64,000 nt of DNA. Origin: Piromyces finnis finn. Its lineage: Eukaryota > Fungi > Neocallimastigomycota. Under the pieces are notes generated by a model, which saw only the letters and a program-made list of their open reading frames with translations, was not told the origin of the DNA and did no database searches. The DNA is taken from NCBI GenBank assembly GCA_002104945.1, contig MCFH01000098.1:1-64000 (forward strand), given 5' to 3'. Shown here piece by piece: positions 30,415 through 43,278 of this stretch. Position 1 is the first letter of the stretch, and each line of letters starts with the position of its first letter. The translations under genes were made by a program, and so were the position numbers.

Positions 30415-33400
30415 GAATCATGGAAATTAGTAACCTGTCTTAGTGGTTAGTAACTAAGACCTTGGTTTGTACTACCCGAGTTCGAAACATCATTAATATC
30501 TTTTTTTAATTATTAAAATATTTTATAACGAAATTTTACCAAAGAAGATAATTTCTGATTGGCTTAAAAAATTAAGTTGTAAAATTTTTATAAATTTACT
30601 TTTAAAAATTTTTATATAAATATGAGTGAAATTTCTCAAAAAATTATTTTTAATTCGAGTTTTTATTAACAAAAAAATTTTATAATAAAAATAAAATTAT
30701 TAAACACTAACCTGTTATAATTTTGTTAAGTGTTCAATAATAAAATTTTTATTTGCTTTTATTATTTTTCTTTTTATATATTTGTGTTTTTATTTATTGA
30801 ACATTAGTTCTTTACAATAAAAACTCCTAAAATATATAATAACACCTTAGTGTTTAAAAAAGGAAGAATTTTTAATTTATTAAAAAATTAAGTAAGTCAG
30901 TGAAGCTTATTTTAACAATAAGGGTACTGAAAACAAAAGTAAAACCCACAGTTATTATAAGGGGAGCGACAGGACGCTTAATTTAATAATAAAGAAAAAA
31001 TTCATTTTCTAATAAAACGTTTTCTACTTTTAATAAATAAAATTAAATTTTATTTATTATTTTTTGAAAAATATAATAAAATAACAAAGAAGTTAGGATT
31101 CAATAACTCCCTTAGCGTGGATAGTTGGACACCTATACGTAATACTTTGTTGTTTAGATATTATTAATAATCGGGGAATTAAACCTATTTTTTTCTTTCC
31201 GCTTAATCAAGTAAGTGACAATAAAGAAACTAATACCGTTAATTCCTTTTATTGAAAATTTTCATTTCCAATATTAACAATTGATAATATCTACGTTATC
31301 AACAAAGAGCTACAAGGGACCTAGTATTGAATACTAATAAAATTAAATATTTGATGGTCCAATACTATTTAATTTGACTCTTTGTCTATATATAAAATAT
31401 TTTAATCAATAAATAATAATAAAGATTTAATTTTTTTTTCCTTTCTTAATTTCTTCAAACATAACTTTATCTTATTTACATAATTTTTATTTTCAAACAA
31501 TTATATTTTTTTAATTTTAATGGAAGGACAAATATTTGATAACGCCTTACTAAAAGACGGTTTCGCAGGAGACAGAAAATATCTCAAAGGTTTCTTAGCC
31601 AAAATAGAACTTGTTTTTCTCCTTTATCCCGAAAGATATCAAGATGAAGAGAGCAAGGTTATCTACTTGATTTCTCGCCTTTATGGAAATGCATTAAATT
31701 GGGCCGCTACGCTTATTGACAACCATGATCCATGTCTGACCAACTACCAAGCATTCAAGGAAAGACTAAAGGCGTTCTATGGGAACAATGATGCAGTCTA
31801 CGTAGCCAATCAAATGCTACGTACTCTCAAGCAACATCGTTTGGGCGGCATCAGAGGATACATCCTTGAATTTAACAAATACTCTGATGAATCTAACTGG
31901 AATGAAGAGGCTAAGATGGATGCTTTTATCGCTGGGCTCAATCAAGAAGTTGCAATGAAGATATTAGAGATGTTCCCAGGACCAAGAGATTTGTTTTCCC
32001 TCCAAACTATTGCAGCTAGAATAGACTCCAGACTTGCTACCAGGGGATTATTTTTTGACAAAAATTCTAAGGGACCAAGTTCTAATTCCAGCAATGGCTC
32101 CAGAAAGGCTTCCACAAATCTAAAAGAACATCCCAAGAAGAAAAGATACTTTGGTCCGTTATCCAAGGAAGAAAAAGAAAGAAGAAGTAAGGAAAACTTA
32201 TGTGTCTATTGTGGATCTCCAGGACACCAACTGAAAGATTGTCATAAGAGAAGAAATAAAAACTCAGCATTCGAATCTTTAGTTTCTCTACAAAATAATT
32301 CTACCAATTCCAAGAAAAATCAACAAGATAGGGTAACCTCAGATTTTAAATTATCGTTTGAACTAGACACAAAAATTCTTATAGACTCCGTTTCTACACT
32401 TAATCTAATAGATGTCGACTATTGCAACGATCACAATATTCCCTACCACTATGAAGAAGATTTACCCAACGTATTCGGTATTGGTGGTAGCCAAAAACTG
32501 TTCGGAGTTACTCCACTTCTTAATCTTCGCTACATGGATCACCTATGCCGTACTGTCTTTTACGTTACTGATCTACCTGTATATCCTTGTATTCTAGGTC
32601 TACGTTGGCTTAAGGAACATAATCCAAGTATTGACTTTGAAAATAATAAATTATCCTTTGGTTCTTCATATTGCTTGGATCATTGTATGACTCTCCCTTC
32701 GAATGTTCCCGAATTCCATCAGGAAACTTCTGTTTTTTCTACTGATTGCAATAACTCTTCTTCCGTTTCTTTGCCTATTTTTATTGACAAACCTAAATCT
32801 TCTTTTTCAAATTCTAAGTTATCTCATTCTCGTAATCCCAAAGAAAATCGTTCTAAATCTGTCTTAATTAACAATGAATCTGTTAACGATCCTTTATCAC
32901 AAGAGACTTGTACTGTCATGGCTTCTAATATATCTCTTTCTAAAGTTGATTCTTGTTCACCAAAAAACTCTTTTAAAGACTCAAATCCTACTACTAAACT
33001 TCCGAAGGAATTAGAATCATATATGGACGTCTTTAGCGAATCTTCTGCTGATCAATTACCACCTCATCGTCCTTATGATTGCCAAATAAACCTAATCGAA
33101 AATGCCAAGCTATTTTATGGACCAATCTACCCACTAACAGACGAAGAAACAAGAGTTTTGAAGGATTATATCGATGAAAACCTCAAAAAGGGTTTCATTA
33201 GGAAATCCAAATCTCCTGCTGGTGCGCCTGTACTTTTCGTTCCTAAAAAGAATGGTGAACTCCGTCTTTGTCAAGATTATAGGGAACTCAACAAAATTAC
33301 CATTAGAGATTCCTATCCTCTACCTCTGATTCAAGATATGCTAGAGCATCTTGGTAAAGCGAAAATCTTCTCAAAATTGGATTTACGATCAGCATATAAT

Positions 33401-35987
33401 TTGGTCCGAATCAAAAAGGGTGATGAATATAAAACAGCTTTCACCTGCAAATTCGGCCACTTTGAATACCTGGTAATGCCATTCGGACTGAAAAACGCCC
33501 CGGCTGTTTTTCAGCATTTTATCAATGATGTTCTGGAAAATATTCTAGGGATTTTTGTTTATTCATATATTGACGATTTAATTATTTTTTCTGAAAACCA
33601 TAAATCCCACATTAAGCACGTTATCGAAGTCCTGGATCGCTTAAGAAATGCTGGTCTTTATGCTAAGCTTGAAAAGTGTGAATTCTTTGTTTCCTCTATT
33701 GATTTCCTTGGTCATCGGATATCCTCTGAAGGTATACATATGGACCCCAATAAAGTTTCTGCTATTATTAATTGGCCAGTTCCGTCCAGTGTCAAGGAAG
33801 TTCAATCTTTTATTGGCCTAGCCAACTACTATCGTCGGTTTATTCCTAATTTTGCCAAAGTTGCACAACCCCTTCACAGACTACTTCGTAAAAACGTTAA
33901 ATTTGATTTTTCCTCTGAAGCTCTTGATGCATTTAATACCATTAAATCATTAATTTCATCTGCTCCCATCCTGTCTCACCCAAATCGTGATCTTCCCTTT
34001 ATTGTTGAAACCGACTCTAGCAACTTTGCTATAGGAGCAGTTCTGTCTCAAAAATCTCCTGATGATAAAATGATCCATCCTGTCGCTTTCTATTCAAGAT
34101 CTCTTACTTCCGCTGAAAGAAACTATCCTATATACGATAAAGAACTTTTAGCTATTGTTAATGCTCTTGAAACTTGGCGACATTTTCTCAAAGGTGCTTT
34201 AACCCCGTTTACTATTTATTCAGATCATCGAAACTTACTATATCAAAAGAAACCGGAAAAAATGTCACAACGTCTCGTTCGTTGGGCCCTTTTCCTTTCC
34301 GAATTTAACTTTAAAATTCTCTACCGCTCTGGTTCATCAAATGGTAAACCTGATGCGCTTTCACGAAGACCTGATTATATAGATTCCTCTCTTCCTTCTG
34401 ATGCTCCTTTTTCGGTTTTACGCCCTGAGAATTTCTGCGCTTTGATTTGTTCCATTTCTTCTCTTAATGATGAAATATTATCTGAATATGTGAACGACTC
34501 TTTTTACATTGACATTTGCAATTTTCTTGAAAATAAGAATCTCCCAGCTCCACATCCACAAAGTAATAAATTCTCCCTTAGTAATAGTTTTCTTCTTTTT
34601 GATAGTAGAATCTATGTCCCTTTAAAATGCCGTCCCTCCGTTTTGAAACTCTGTCATGATTCCCCCTCTGCCGGTCATTTTGGTATCCGCAAAACTATTT
34701 CTTTGATCTCTCGTGACTTTTGGTGGCCATCCATTTCTATTGATGTTAAGAATTATATCCGATCTTGCGAGATTTGTTGCCGCTCCAAGCCTTCTCGTCA
34801 TAAACCATATGGTTTACTTCAACCCCTTGAGATTAGTGACCATCCTTGGGCTTCTATTTCTATGGATTTCATTACTGACCTCCCTCCTTCGGATGGATTT
34901 AACACTATTCTTGTTGTAGTTGACCGCCTTACTAAAATGTGCCACCTCATTCCCTTTAAAGGTATTCCTTCTGCTTCTGATACTGCTTTTGCTTTTTTGA
35001 ATTATATTTTCAAAATTCACGGTCTCCCCTCTGAAATTATTTCCGATAGAGGCGCGCAATTCACTTCGAAATTTTGGAAATCTATTTGTCAATCTTTGGA
35101 CGTCAATGTTAAATATTCTTCACCATATCATCATCAATCCAATGGCCAAACGGAGAGGGTAAACTCCGTTGTTGAACAATATTTAAGATGCTTTTCTAAT
35201 TATAAAGGAACAAACTGGATCAACTTTCTTCCATTGGCAGAATTCAGTTACAATAATGCTGTTCAAGACTCAACAAAATTCTCACCATTCTTCCTAAATT
35301 ATGGTTATCACCCAAAATACTCTCCGGTAATTCCTGACCAAACGAATGTTCCAAGAGCTGAAGAGTTTACAAGAGACTTTGAAGACCTAATGGAGAAACT
35401 AAAAGAAAACTTAAAGAAGGCCATCCAAGTTCAAAAGAAATATGCCGACAAGTATAGACAAGAACCTCCGACATTCAAGACTGGTGACAAAGTATGGTTG
35501 GATAGCTCCTTGATAATTCATAAAGGAAATAAAAAATTTAATCCTAGGAAACTTGGCCCGTTTAGGATAATTAGTAAAATCTCTAATCTCACTTATAAAT
35601 TAGAATTACCAAAATCGCTGAAGATTTACCCAATTGTTCATGTTTCAAACCTAGAACCGTATTATGAAGATAGTTTTGGAAGAATCAAAGATCCACCTCC
35701 ACCTATAATAGTAAATGAAGAAGAAGAATACGAAGTAGAAGAAATACTTGATAAAAGAAAGCATTATGGGAAGATTCAATATCTAATAAAATGGAAAGGT
35801 TATCCGCTTTCAGAAGCATCTTGGGAACCTGAAAGTAATTTAAACTGCGATGAACTAATTAAAAACTTTAATAATTCACATTAGTAATAGTTATTAATTT
35901 AAAAAAAAATTAGTAATTGATAAGAGAAAAAGAGAATAGAAAATAGAAAATAGAAAATGAAAAAATATATTTATAATTTAATATTCA

Positions 35988-36029
<42 letters not shown>

Positions 36030-36536
36030 TTCAAAATGTATTCACTCGTTTCAATTATTTCTTTTATAATAAAGTAACAAATGAATTTAGTTGATTCGTC
36101 TGGTATCCGAATCCTGGAGGAGGACCATGTAACGAATCATAGAAATTAGTAACCTGTCTTAGTGGTTAGTAACTAAGACCTTGGTTTGAACTACTCGAGT
36201 TCGAAACCTCATTAATATCTTTTTTTTAATTATTAAAATATTTTATAACGAAATTTTACCAAAGAAGATAATTTCTGATTGGCTTAAAAAATTAAGTTGT
36301 AAAATTTTTATAAATTTACTTTTAAAAACATTTATATAAATACGAGTGAAATTTCTCAAAAAATTATTTGGAATTCGAGTTTTTATTAACAAAGAAATTT
36401 TATAATAAAAATAAAATTATTAAACACTAACCTGTTATAATTTTGTTAAGTGTTCAATAATAAAATTTTTATTTGCTTTTATTATTTTCCTTTTTATATA
36501 TTTGTGTTTTTATTTATTGAACATTAGTTCTTTACA
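30415..36536 (+). mobile_element. Chromovirus B2, near full length, non-identical LTRs, no clear TSD
   Basis: 5' LTR 30415-30816 lacks the terminal TGTAAC; 3' LTR 36128-36536; PBS 30817-30826; PPT 36116-36127. Confidence 0.93.
31520..35884 (+). CDS. gag-pol: B2 Gag-Pol, open but with protease motif DSG changed to DSV
   Basis: Only a few residues differ from B1; GAC TCC GTT at 32384-32392. Confidence 0.95.
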   Translation: MEGQIFDNALLKDGFAGDRKYLKGFLAKIELVFLLYPERYQDEESKVIYLISRLYGNALNWAATLIDNHDPCLTNYQAFKERLKAFYGNNDAVYVANQMLRTLKQHRLGGIRGYILEFNKYSDESNWNEEAKMDAFIAGLNQEVAMKILEMFPGPRDLFSLQTIAARIDSRLATRGLFFDKNSKGPSSNSSNGSRKASTNLKEHPKKKRYFGPLSKEEKERRSKENLCVYCGSPGHQLKDCHKRRNKNSAFESLVSLQNNSTNSKKNQQDRVTSDFKLSFELDTKILIDSVSTLNLIDVDYCNDHNIPYHYEEDLPNVFGIGGSQKLFGVTPLLNLRYMDHLCRTVFYVTDLPVYPCILGLRWLKEHNPSIDFENNKLSFGSSYCLDHCMTLPSNVPEFHQETSVFSTDCNNSSSVSLPIFIDKPKSSFSNSKLSHSRNPKENRSKSVLINNESVNDPLSQETCTVMASNISLSKVDSCSPKNSFKDSNPTTKLPKELESYMDVFSESSADQLPPHRPYDCQINLIENAKLFYGPIYPLTDEETRVLKDYIDENLKKGFIRKSKSPAGAPVLFVPKKNGELRLCQDYRELNKITIRDSYPLPLIQDMLEHLGKAKIFSKLDLRSAYNLVRIKKGDEYKTAFTCKFGHFEYLVMPFGLKNAPAVFQHFINDVLENILGIFVYSYIDDLIIFSENHKSHIKHVIEVLDRLRNAGLYAKLEKCEFFVSSIDFLGHRISSEGIHMDPNKVSAIINWPVPSSVKEVQSFIGLANYYRRFIPNFAKVAQPLHRLLRKNVKFDFSSEALDAFNTIKSLISSAPILSHPNRDLPFIVETDSSNFAIGAVLSQKSPDDKMIHPVAFYSRSLTSAERNYPIYDKELLAIVNALETWRHFLKGALTPFTIYSDHRNLLYQKKPEKMSQRLVRWALFLSEFNFKILYRSGSSNGKPDALSRRPDYIDSSLPSDAPFSVLRPENFCALICSISSLNDEILSEYVNDSFYIDICNFLENKNLPAPHPQSNKFSLSNSFLLFDSRIYVPLKCRPSVLKLCHDSPSAGHFGIRKTISLISRDFWWPSISIDVKNYIRSCEICCRSKPSRHKPYGLLQPLEISDHPWASISMDFITDLPPSDGFNTILVVVDRLTKMCHLIPFKGIPSASDTAFAFLNYIFKIHGLPSEIISDRGAQFTSKFWKSICQSLDVNVKYSSPYHHQSNGQTERVNSVVEQYLRCFSNYKGTNWINFLPLAEFSYNNAVQDSTKFSPFFLNYGYHPKYSPVIPDQTNVPRAEEFTRDFEDLMEKLKENLKKAIQVQKKYADKYRQEPPTFKTGDKVWLDSSLIIHKGNKKFNPRKLGPFRIISKISNLTYKLELPKSLKIYPIVHVSNLEPYYEDSFGRIKDPPPPIIVNEEEEYEVEEILDKRKHYGKIQYLIKWKGYPLSEASWEPESNLNCDELIKNFNNSH

Positions 36537-36646
36537 TTGAGATTGAAATTGAAATTGTGTTTGTTGTAGATCTGGAGTATTTTCATTTTGGAGATATTGT
36601 TGAAGATCTGAATGTTGATGAGATTGTTGATGAGATTGTTGAGTTG

Positions 36647-36986
36647 TGTAAAGATATCAAACGCCAGAGATTGATATCTTTAATGTAACTTAAGCCATAA
36701 ATATTATTGTTTAAGTTACACGAATTATATTACAGAAAAAGAAAATGGGACATAATTTATTTATTAATAATTAAAGTTTAAAACAAAATAAATTATTAAT
36801 TTATTTTTAATGTTTAACAAATAAATTAAAATTCTCAATTCAAACCCCTAGTTTTAGTATTGTTTTGTAATAGAAATAGACATCTAGTATATAATTATTA
36901 AATGTTTAATATATCAATAATACATGGCACATATTCAAATCGAATGGTATTTGATTTGAATTGCCAATTGTATTTTACTAAAAATA
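36647..36986 (+). repeat. Partial A-family LTR (first 340 bp, A2 3'-LTR variant)
   Basis: Nearly exact inverted copy of 37268-37607. Confidence 0.9.
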
Positions 36987-37643
36987 TGTAATGCTGTGTA
37001 AAGTCGAACACTTGAAGAATAGATTAGGATATCTATTCTATTACAATAACACTAAAAATCTAAATAAAATTGTTTTATTAAAAAATATCTTTTATTATAA
37101 TAGAAATTATATTAATAACAATTACATCGATAAAATGATGAAAAATATCTTCTATTTATATTTTTCCTAAATACATTTATATTATATTATAACTATTTAT
37201 TTCTTCTATATTATTATTTAAAATCTACACTAAAATCTTAATTATTAATAAATATTTAGACTATAACTATTTTTAGTAAAATACAATTGGCAATTCAAAT
37301 CAAATACCATTCGATTTGAATATGTGCCATGTATTATTGATATATTAAACATTTAATAATTATATACTAGATGTCTATTTCTATTACAAAACAATACTAA
37401 AACTAGGGGTTTGAATTGAGAATTTTAATTTATTTGTTAAACATTAAGAATAAATTAATAATTTATTTTGTTTTAAACTTTAATTATTAATAAATAAATT
37501 ATGTCCCATTTTCTTTTTCTGTAATATAATTCGTGTAACTTAAACAATAATATTTATGGCTTAAGTTACATTAAAGATATCAATCTGTGGCGTTTGATAT
37601 CTTTACAATCTCTCTCTATAAGTCGAGCTCCTGCGAGATTAAT

Positions 37644-40600
37644 TTATAAAGAATCCTTTCTCGAAGGAATTTCAATTACAAATGGTTGGTATCTATGCTT
37701 AATTAGATTACCAACTTTATTCTTTCTTATTCTCATGGAGGAGTCATTCGACTTATGTTTTGACTTTTTAGAGTTTCTTTCGAACTCTTGTATTAATTGT
37801 TTGTCCGGGATCTGATCTTCAGAAACCCAAGTGGATTTATCAAATCCTTTCCACGATAACTTATAAAATGTTTCACCATTAACAGATTTCATCTTTTCAA
37901 TTTTCTCTGGAATTTTTTCAATTAAATCTGTGTTAAGATGAATATTTCTTTTACTACTATTAGACCTATCTATAAACTCGTTTTCAAAGTATGGTTCTAA
38001 CAATGAGACATGAAAGACTGGATGACATCTCATTGTCTTTGGGAGTTTCAATTTCAAAGCGAGAGAACTAACTTTTTCAATTATTTCAAATGGACCAAGC
38101 ATTTGAGGTGCTAATTTCTTCTTCAAGTTAGTTCCCGGAGAATCTTTCAATAACCATACCTTCTTTCCCACTTCAAATTCCGGGGGACTCATTCTTTTCA
38201 TATCGTCATATTTCTTATATGTTTCTTTTGCTTTTTCTAAGTTTTCTTTTAATAATTTAAAGTTTTTATTCATATCAATTACTCTTTGTTCAGCTCTACT
38301 AGGTCTATCATTAGCCGGGATTTCCAAGCTGAACTTTGGATGAAAACCATAATTAGCAAAGAATGGGGATTGATTTATAGATTGCTGTAAAGTGTTATTA
38401 TATGCAAATTCAGCAAATGGAATAAGATCAACCCAGTTATTCTGCTTCTTATTGATAAAACAACGGAAATATTGTTCTAATATGCCGTTCACCCTCTCCG
38501 TTTGACCATCTGTCTGCGGATGGTTAGCAGTTGACAATGAATGATTGATATTAAGAAGGTCACAAAGTCTTGACCAGAAATCAGAAGTAAATTGCGAGCC
38601 TCTATCAGAAATAATGGAATCAGGAAGACCATGCAAACGGAAGACATTGGCAATAAAAGCATCAGCAGCAATTGAAGCAGTAGGAAGACAACGTAAAGGA
38701 ATGGCGTGAGCAAATTTAGTAAATCTATCGACAACAACCATAAGTGTAGTCATATCTCTGGACTTAGGAAGATCAACAATAAAGTCGATAGAGATATCAG
38801 ACCAAGGTCTACTAGGAGTGTCCAAAGGGGATAACAATCCATAAGGCTTATGTCTAGGGACTTTGGATTTGCAACAAGTCACGCAAGATTTAATAAAGGA
38901 TTTAACATCTGAATGAAATCTTGGCCACCAAAAGTTTCTTGAAATAAGTTCGACGGTTTTCTTAATGCCGAAATGGCCAGCAGCAACAGAATCATGATGG
39001 AGTTCCAAAACTCTAGTCCTAAGAGATTTAGGAACATAAATAAGATTGCTAAATAACAAAAATCCTTCACCATCAATAATAACTTTATCAATATTTTTAA
39101 TAGGTGCATTACTTGTAGAACCATTCATTTTAAATTGGACAATGGAATTATATAAATCGTCATTTTTAAGTTCTGATAAAATAGAATCTATTAAAGGTTT
39201 GTTATCGTTATGATGAAGTGAAATTGTAAGACAAGAAACATTAGAGTTAATATCATTCACTAAATGATCACTTCTACGAGACAGAATGTCAGGCTTACCA
39301 GATTTCTTCCCAGCTCTATAGATGAGTTTAAAGTCAAATCTGGATAAGAACAAATTCCATCTAATTTGTCTCTGAGATAACATTTCAGGTTTTCTAGGAA
39401 ATGTTAAGTTCTTGTGATCGGTATAAATTATGAACTGGTGGCGTGCACCCTCTAAGTAATGACGCCATTCTTCAAGAGCAACTATAATGGCTAAAAGTTC
39501 TTTGTCATATATAGGATAGTTTCTTTGACAACTCGTCAAACTTTTAGAAAGAAATGCAATGGGATGTAATTTGCCGTCAAACTCTTGAGAGAGAATAGCA
39601 CCGACAGCATAATTACTAGCATCAGTTTCTACAATAAATTGTTTATTACTATCCGCATGTTTCAGAATAGGAGCTGACGTGAACAAAGTTTTTAATAAAA
39701 TAAAAGCGTCCTGATCTTCTTTCACCCAGTCAAAAGCAACATTTTTTCTAGTGAGTTTGTGAAGAGGGTTTGCAATTTTAGCAAAGTCTTTAATAAAAAT
39801 TCTGTAATAGTTGCATAAACCAATAAAAGACTGAACCTCTTTAACATTCTTAGGAATCGGCCAATCGAGAATTGCTTTAACTTTATTCTCGTCCATTTGC
39901 AACCCATCTTTTGAAATGACATAACCAAGAAAAGTAGTTTTTTCAACATCAAACTCACATTTTTCTAATTTAACATAGAGATTATTATCAAGGAGTTTCT
40001 TAAGTACTTTTTTAACATGCTCATGATGCTCTTCGATATTATTAGAATAAATAAGGATATCATCAATATACGAGATAACAAAATCGTCTAAGTAATCACT
40101 GAGAACATCGTTAATAAAGTGTTGAAAAGTTGCAGGTGCATTCTTTAATCCAAAAGGCATAACTAGATATTCATAATGACCATACCTAGTACGAAAAGCT
40201 GTTTTGTATTCGTCACCTTCTTTAATACGAATAAGATTATAAGCAGATTTGAGATCTAATTTAGTGAAAATCTTAGCATTTTTCACTCTTTCCAGAAGGT
40301 CACTAATTAAAGGTAAAGGATATGAATTACGAATGGTAATGTCATTCAACTTTCTATAATCAATACAAAGTCTCAGGGAGCCATCCTTCTTTTTAACAAA
40401 CAAAATTGGAGCCCCTGCAGGAGACGATGATTTCCTAATAAAACCCTTATTTAAATTTTCATCTATATATTTTTTAAGTTCCTCTCTTTCAACTTCAGTT
40501 AATGGATACAAGGGTCCATAAAATAAAGTTGAATCATCCTTAAGCTTGATTTCACAATCATAAGGTCTATGAGGAGGTAACACTTCACAATTTTTTTCGT

Positions 40601-42287
40601 TAAACACTTCTAAAAATTCAATATATTCGGATGGTACGGTGACCATTTTTTCTTTATTTAATTCATTATTCTTAATCTTTGTTTCTATTAAACTAAGACT
40701 ATTTTCATTACATTCATAATTACATTTATTATTACTATTACATGTTTCACTAATTTTACTAATTATACATTTAACTTTTTTATTATAATTGTCTCCGTCA
40801 TCTTCGCTGTCTTCTTCATCATTAATAGTTCTTACTAGGCGTCCTCTAACGTACTCCTTGTCTTCATTATTCGAGATGTTTGCATTATCCGAGAGACCGA
40901 TGGATTTAGCCGATTTTTTCATAATACTTTTGTCGAGGACTTCATGGTCTAATTCGTCCTTCTTAGATTTCTTCTTACTTTTTCTATTTCTTTTCCCATG
41001 GTTACAGTGTCTAGCGCAATATCCCGAACTAAAATTGATTTTCTTGGAATCATAAAAAGCCTCAGGATTGTGCTTTTTAATCCATGGTAGTCCAAGAATT
41101 ACGTCGACACCAGGAACCTTTAAACTATATAATTGAATAGTTTCAAAATGATTTCTACATCTTAATATGCACTTTTCACTCCGTTCCATTACACAAGAAA
41201 TCCCATCGTTAACTCCTGAAACTCGGAAAGGCTCAACAGTTTCAAAATGAATTCCAATTTCTTTAGCAAGTTCAGGATTAATAAAACTTAATTCGGATCC
41301 TGAATCAACTAACACTCTAACTTTAACTTCCGGAATATTGTTTGTACTTAAATAAAAATCGATAATATTTACGTCTTTTTTGCTATCCATGACTCCCACT
41401 TTATAAATCCTTGGATTAGCAATTCTAGGAGTCTTTTCCTTAATAATCCGGAATACTCTTTTTGGTTTAACTCTATTAGGACAATTGAATTTCAAATGTC
41501 CTGGTTTCTTTCAAAGAAAACAAACAGTCTTTTTTCTTTCTTTTTCAAAATTATTTGATCTCTCCTCATAACGACCGCTGGATCCTTGAATGTTGATATA
41601 ACGCTTACGTTTCCTATCCGCACTAATTTTAAAAACATCAACATCCATAGGATCTCCCGCAATCCTATTGTTAAAATAGAATTCACTTAAAGAATTTCTT
41701 TTCATCATATCTTCAACCAAAATTGTTGAAGATATTAACTGTTCCATTGAATTTGGATTGGTTTCAACAAAAGCCAACTTTTCTCTTAAATGTGGGTTTA
41801 AACCTTTCAGAAACATATAGATCTTTGCACTTTCATTAAAGTTTGAATTTTGGCTTATTCTTTGAAACTCGGTAATATAATCAACAACATATCCAAGTTT
41901 TTTTTGTCGGATGTTGTCTAATTTACCATTCGCAACAACAGTATCATAACGGTCACATCCGAAATTAGCCCTCAAACGATCTATAAATTCATCATAATTG
42001 TTTAATATCCCACTATTATTCCGCATTAGTGATGAAGCCCATTCCAACGGTTTCCCAGAGAAGTAGGAAATAACGAAGTCAACCCGGACGCGATCTGTAT
42101 TATACAGTGCCGGTCGAGTTCGGAAAACCAATTCCACTCTGGTTAAAAAACCATCTAATTCCCTTTGCCTACCAGTGAATAATGGTGGAGCATTAATAAT
42201 GCTTCCATGATTCCCAGCAGCATTCTCCATTCTATCCGTCATTTCCTCCAAATTCCAATTATCAAATATATTTATTAATTCCTCCAA
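37644..42287 (-). pseudogene. gag-pol: A2 gag-pol with one in-frame TGA in the CCHC knuckle
   Basis: ORFs 41511-42287 and 37644-41495 are in the same frame; CFL*KKPGHLKFNC versus A1 CFLCKQPGHLKFNC. Confidence 0.93.
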
Positions 42288-42357
42288 TTCACCAACTAGA
42301 CACTAAATGAAAAATTAAGATTACCGATTGTTTCCTGCTACTATTACAAGCAAGTAA

Positions 42358-42388
<31 letters not shown>

Positions 42389-42502
42389 CAAAGTAACTAA
42401 AGAAAAATCTATACTAAAACGTTGCTTCAGACTCTCTCTGTATGTTACAGTGTCGAGCAAGATAATAGAATAAATTTATAAAAATGGTAGCTCACAAAGA
42501 CA

Positions 42503-42640
42503 CTAGTAGTTATCCAAGATATCCGGTAGTTCCAAAAGATATCAGTAGTTATCCAAAATATCTGGTAGTTCCAAAAGATATCAGTAGTTATCCAAAATAT
42601 CTGGTAGTTCCCAAAGTTATCAGTAGTTATCCAAGATATC
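42503..42640. repeat. 39-bp tandem repeat (about 3.5 copies) in A2 5' leader
   Basis: Unit cagtagttatccaaaatatctggtagttccaaaagatat. Confidence 0.9.
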
Positions 42641-43278
42641 CTAACGTACTCTTATTTGTATGTTAGGTAATTGTTATTGTAAAGTCGAACACTTGAAGAA
42701 TAGATTAGGATATCTATTCTATTACAATAACACTAAAAATCTAAATAAAATTGTTTTATTAAAAAATATCTTTTATTATAATAGAAATTATATTAATAAC
42801 AATTACATCGATAAAATGATGAAAAATATCTTCTATTTATATTTTTCCTAAATACATTTATATTATATTATAACTATTTATTTCTTATATATTATTATTT
42901 AAAATCTACACTAAAATCTTAATTATTAATAAATATTTAAACTATAACTATTTTTAGTAAAATACAATTGGCAATTCAAATTAAGTACTATTTAATTTGA
43001 ATATGTGCCCATGTATTATTGATATATTAATCATTTATTATTTATCTATTTCTATAAAAAAACAATACTAAAACTAGGGATTTAAATTGAGAATATTAAT
43101 TTACTTGTTAAACATTAAAAATAAATTAATAATTTATTTTGTTTTAAACTTTAATTATTAATAAATAAATTATGTCCCATTTTCTTTTTCTGTAATATAA
43201 TTTGTGTAACTTAAACAATAATATTTATGGCTTAAGTTACATTAAATATATCAATCTGTGGCGTTTGATATCTTTACA

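Larger units (their letters stand above)
36997..43278 (-). mobile_element. Gypsy element A2, full length, inserted 10 nt inside the end of the A3 LTR
   Basis: LTRs 36997-37607 and 42678-43278; TSD TGCTG at 36992-36996 and 43279-43283; PPT 37608-37619; PBS 42667-42677 complementary to 42796-42806. Confidence 0.95.

Noticed and set aside
9389-35884. RIP-type mutation among B copies
   Set aside because: The few differences are mixed substitution types and the ORFs remain open.
42484-42666. 60-aa ORF with (DISSYPKYLVVPK)n repeats
   Set aside because: Antisense by-product of a 39-bp (multiple of 3) leader repeat; the related element A1 has no equivalent.
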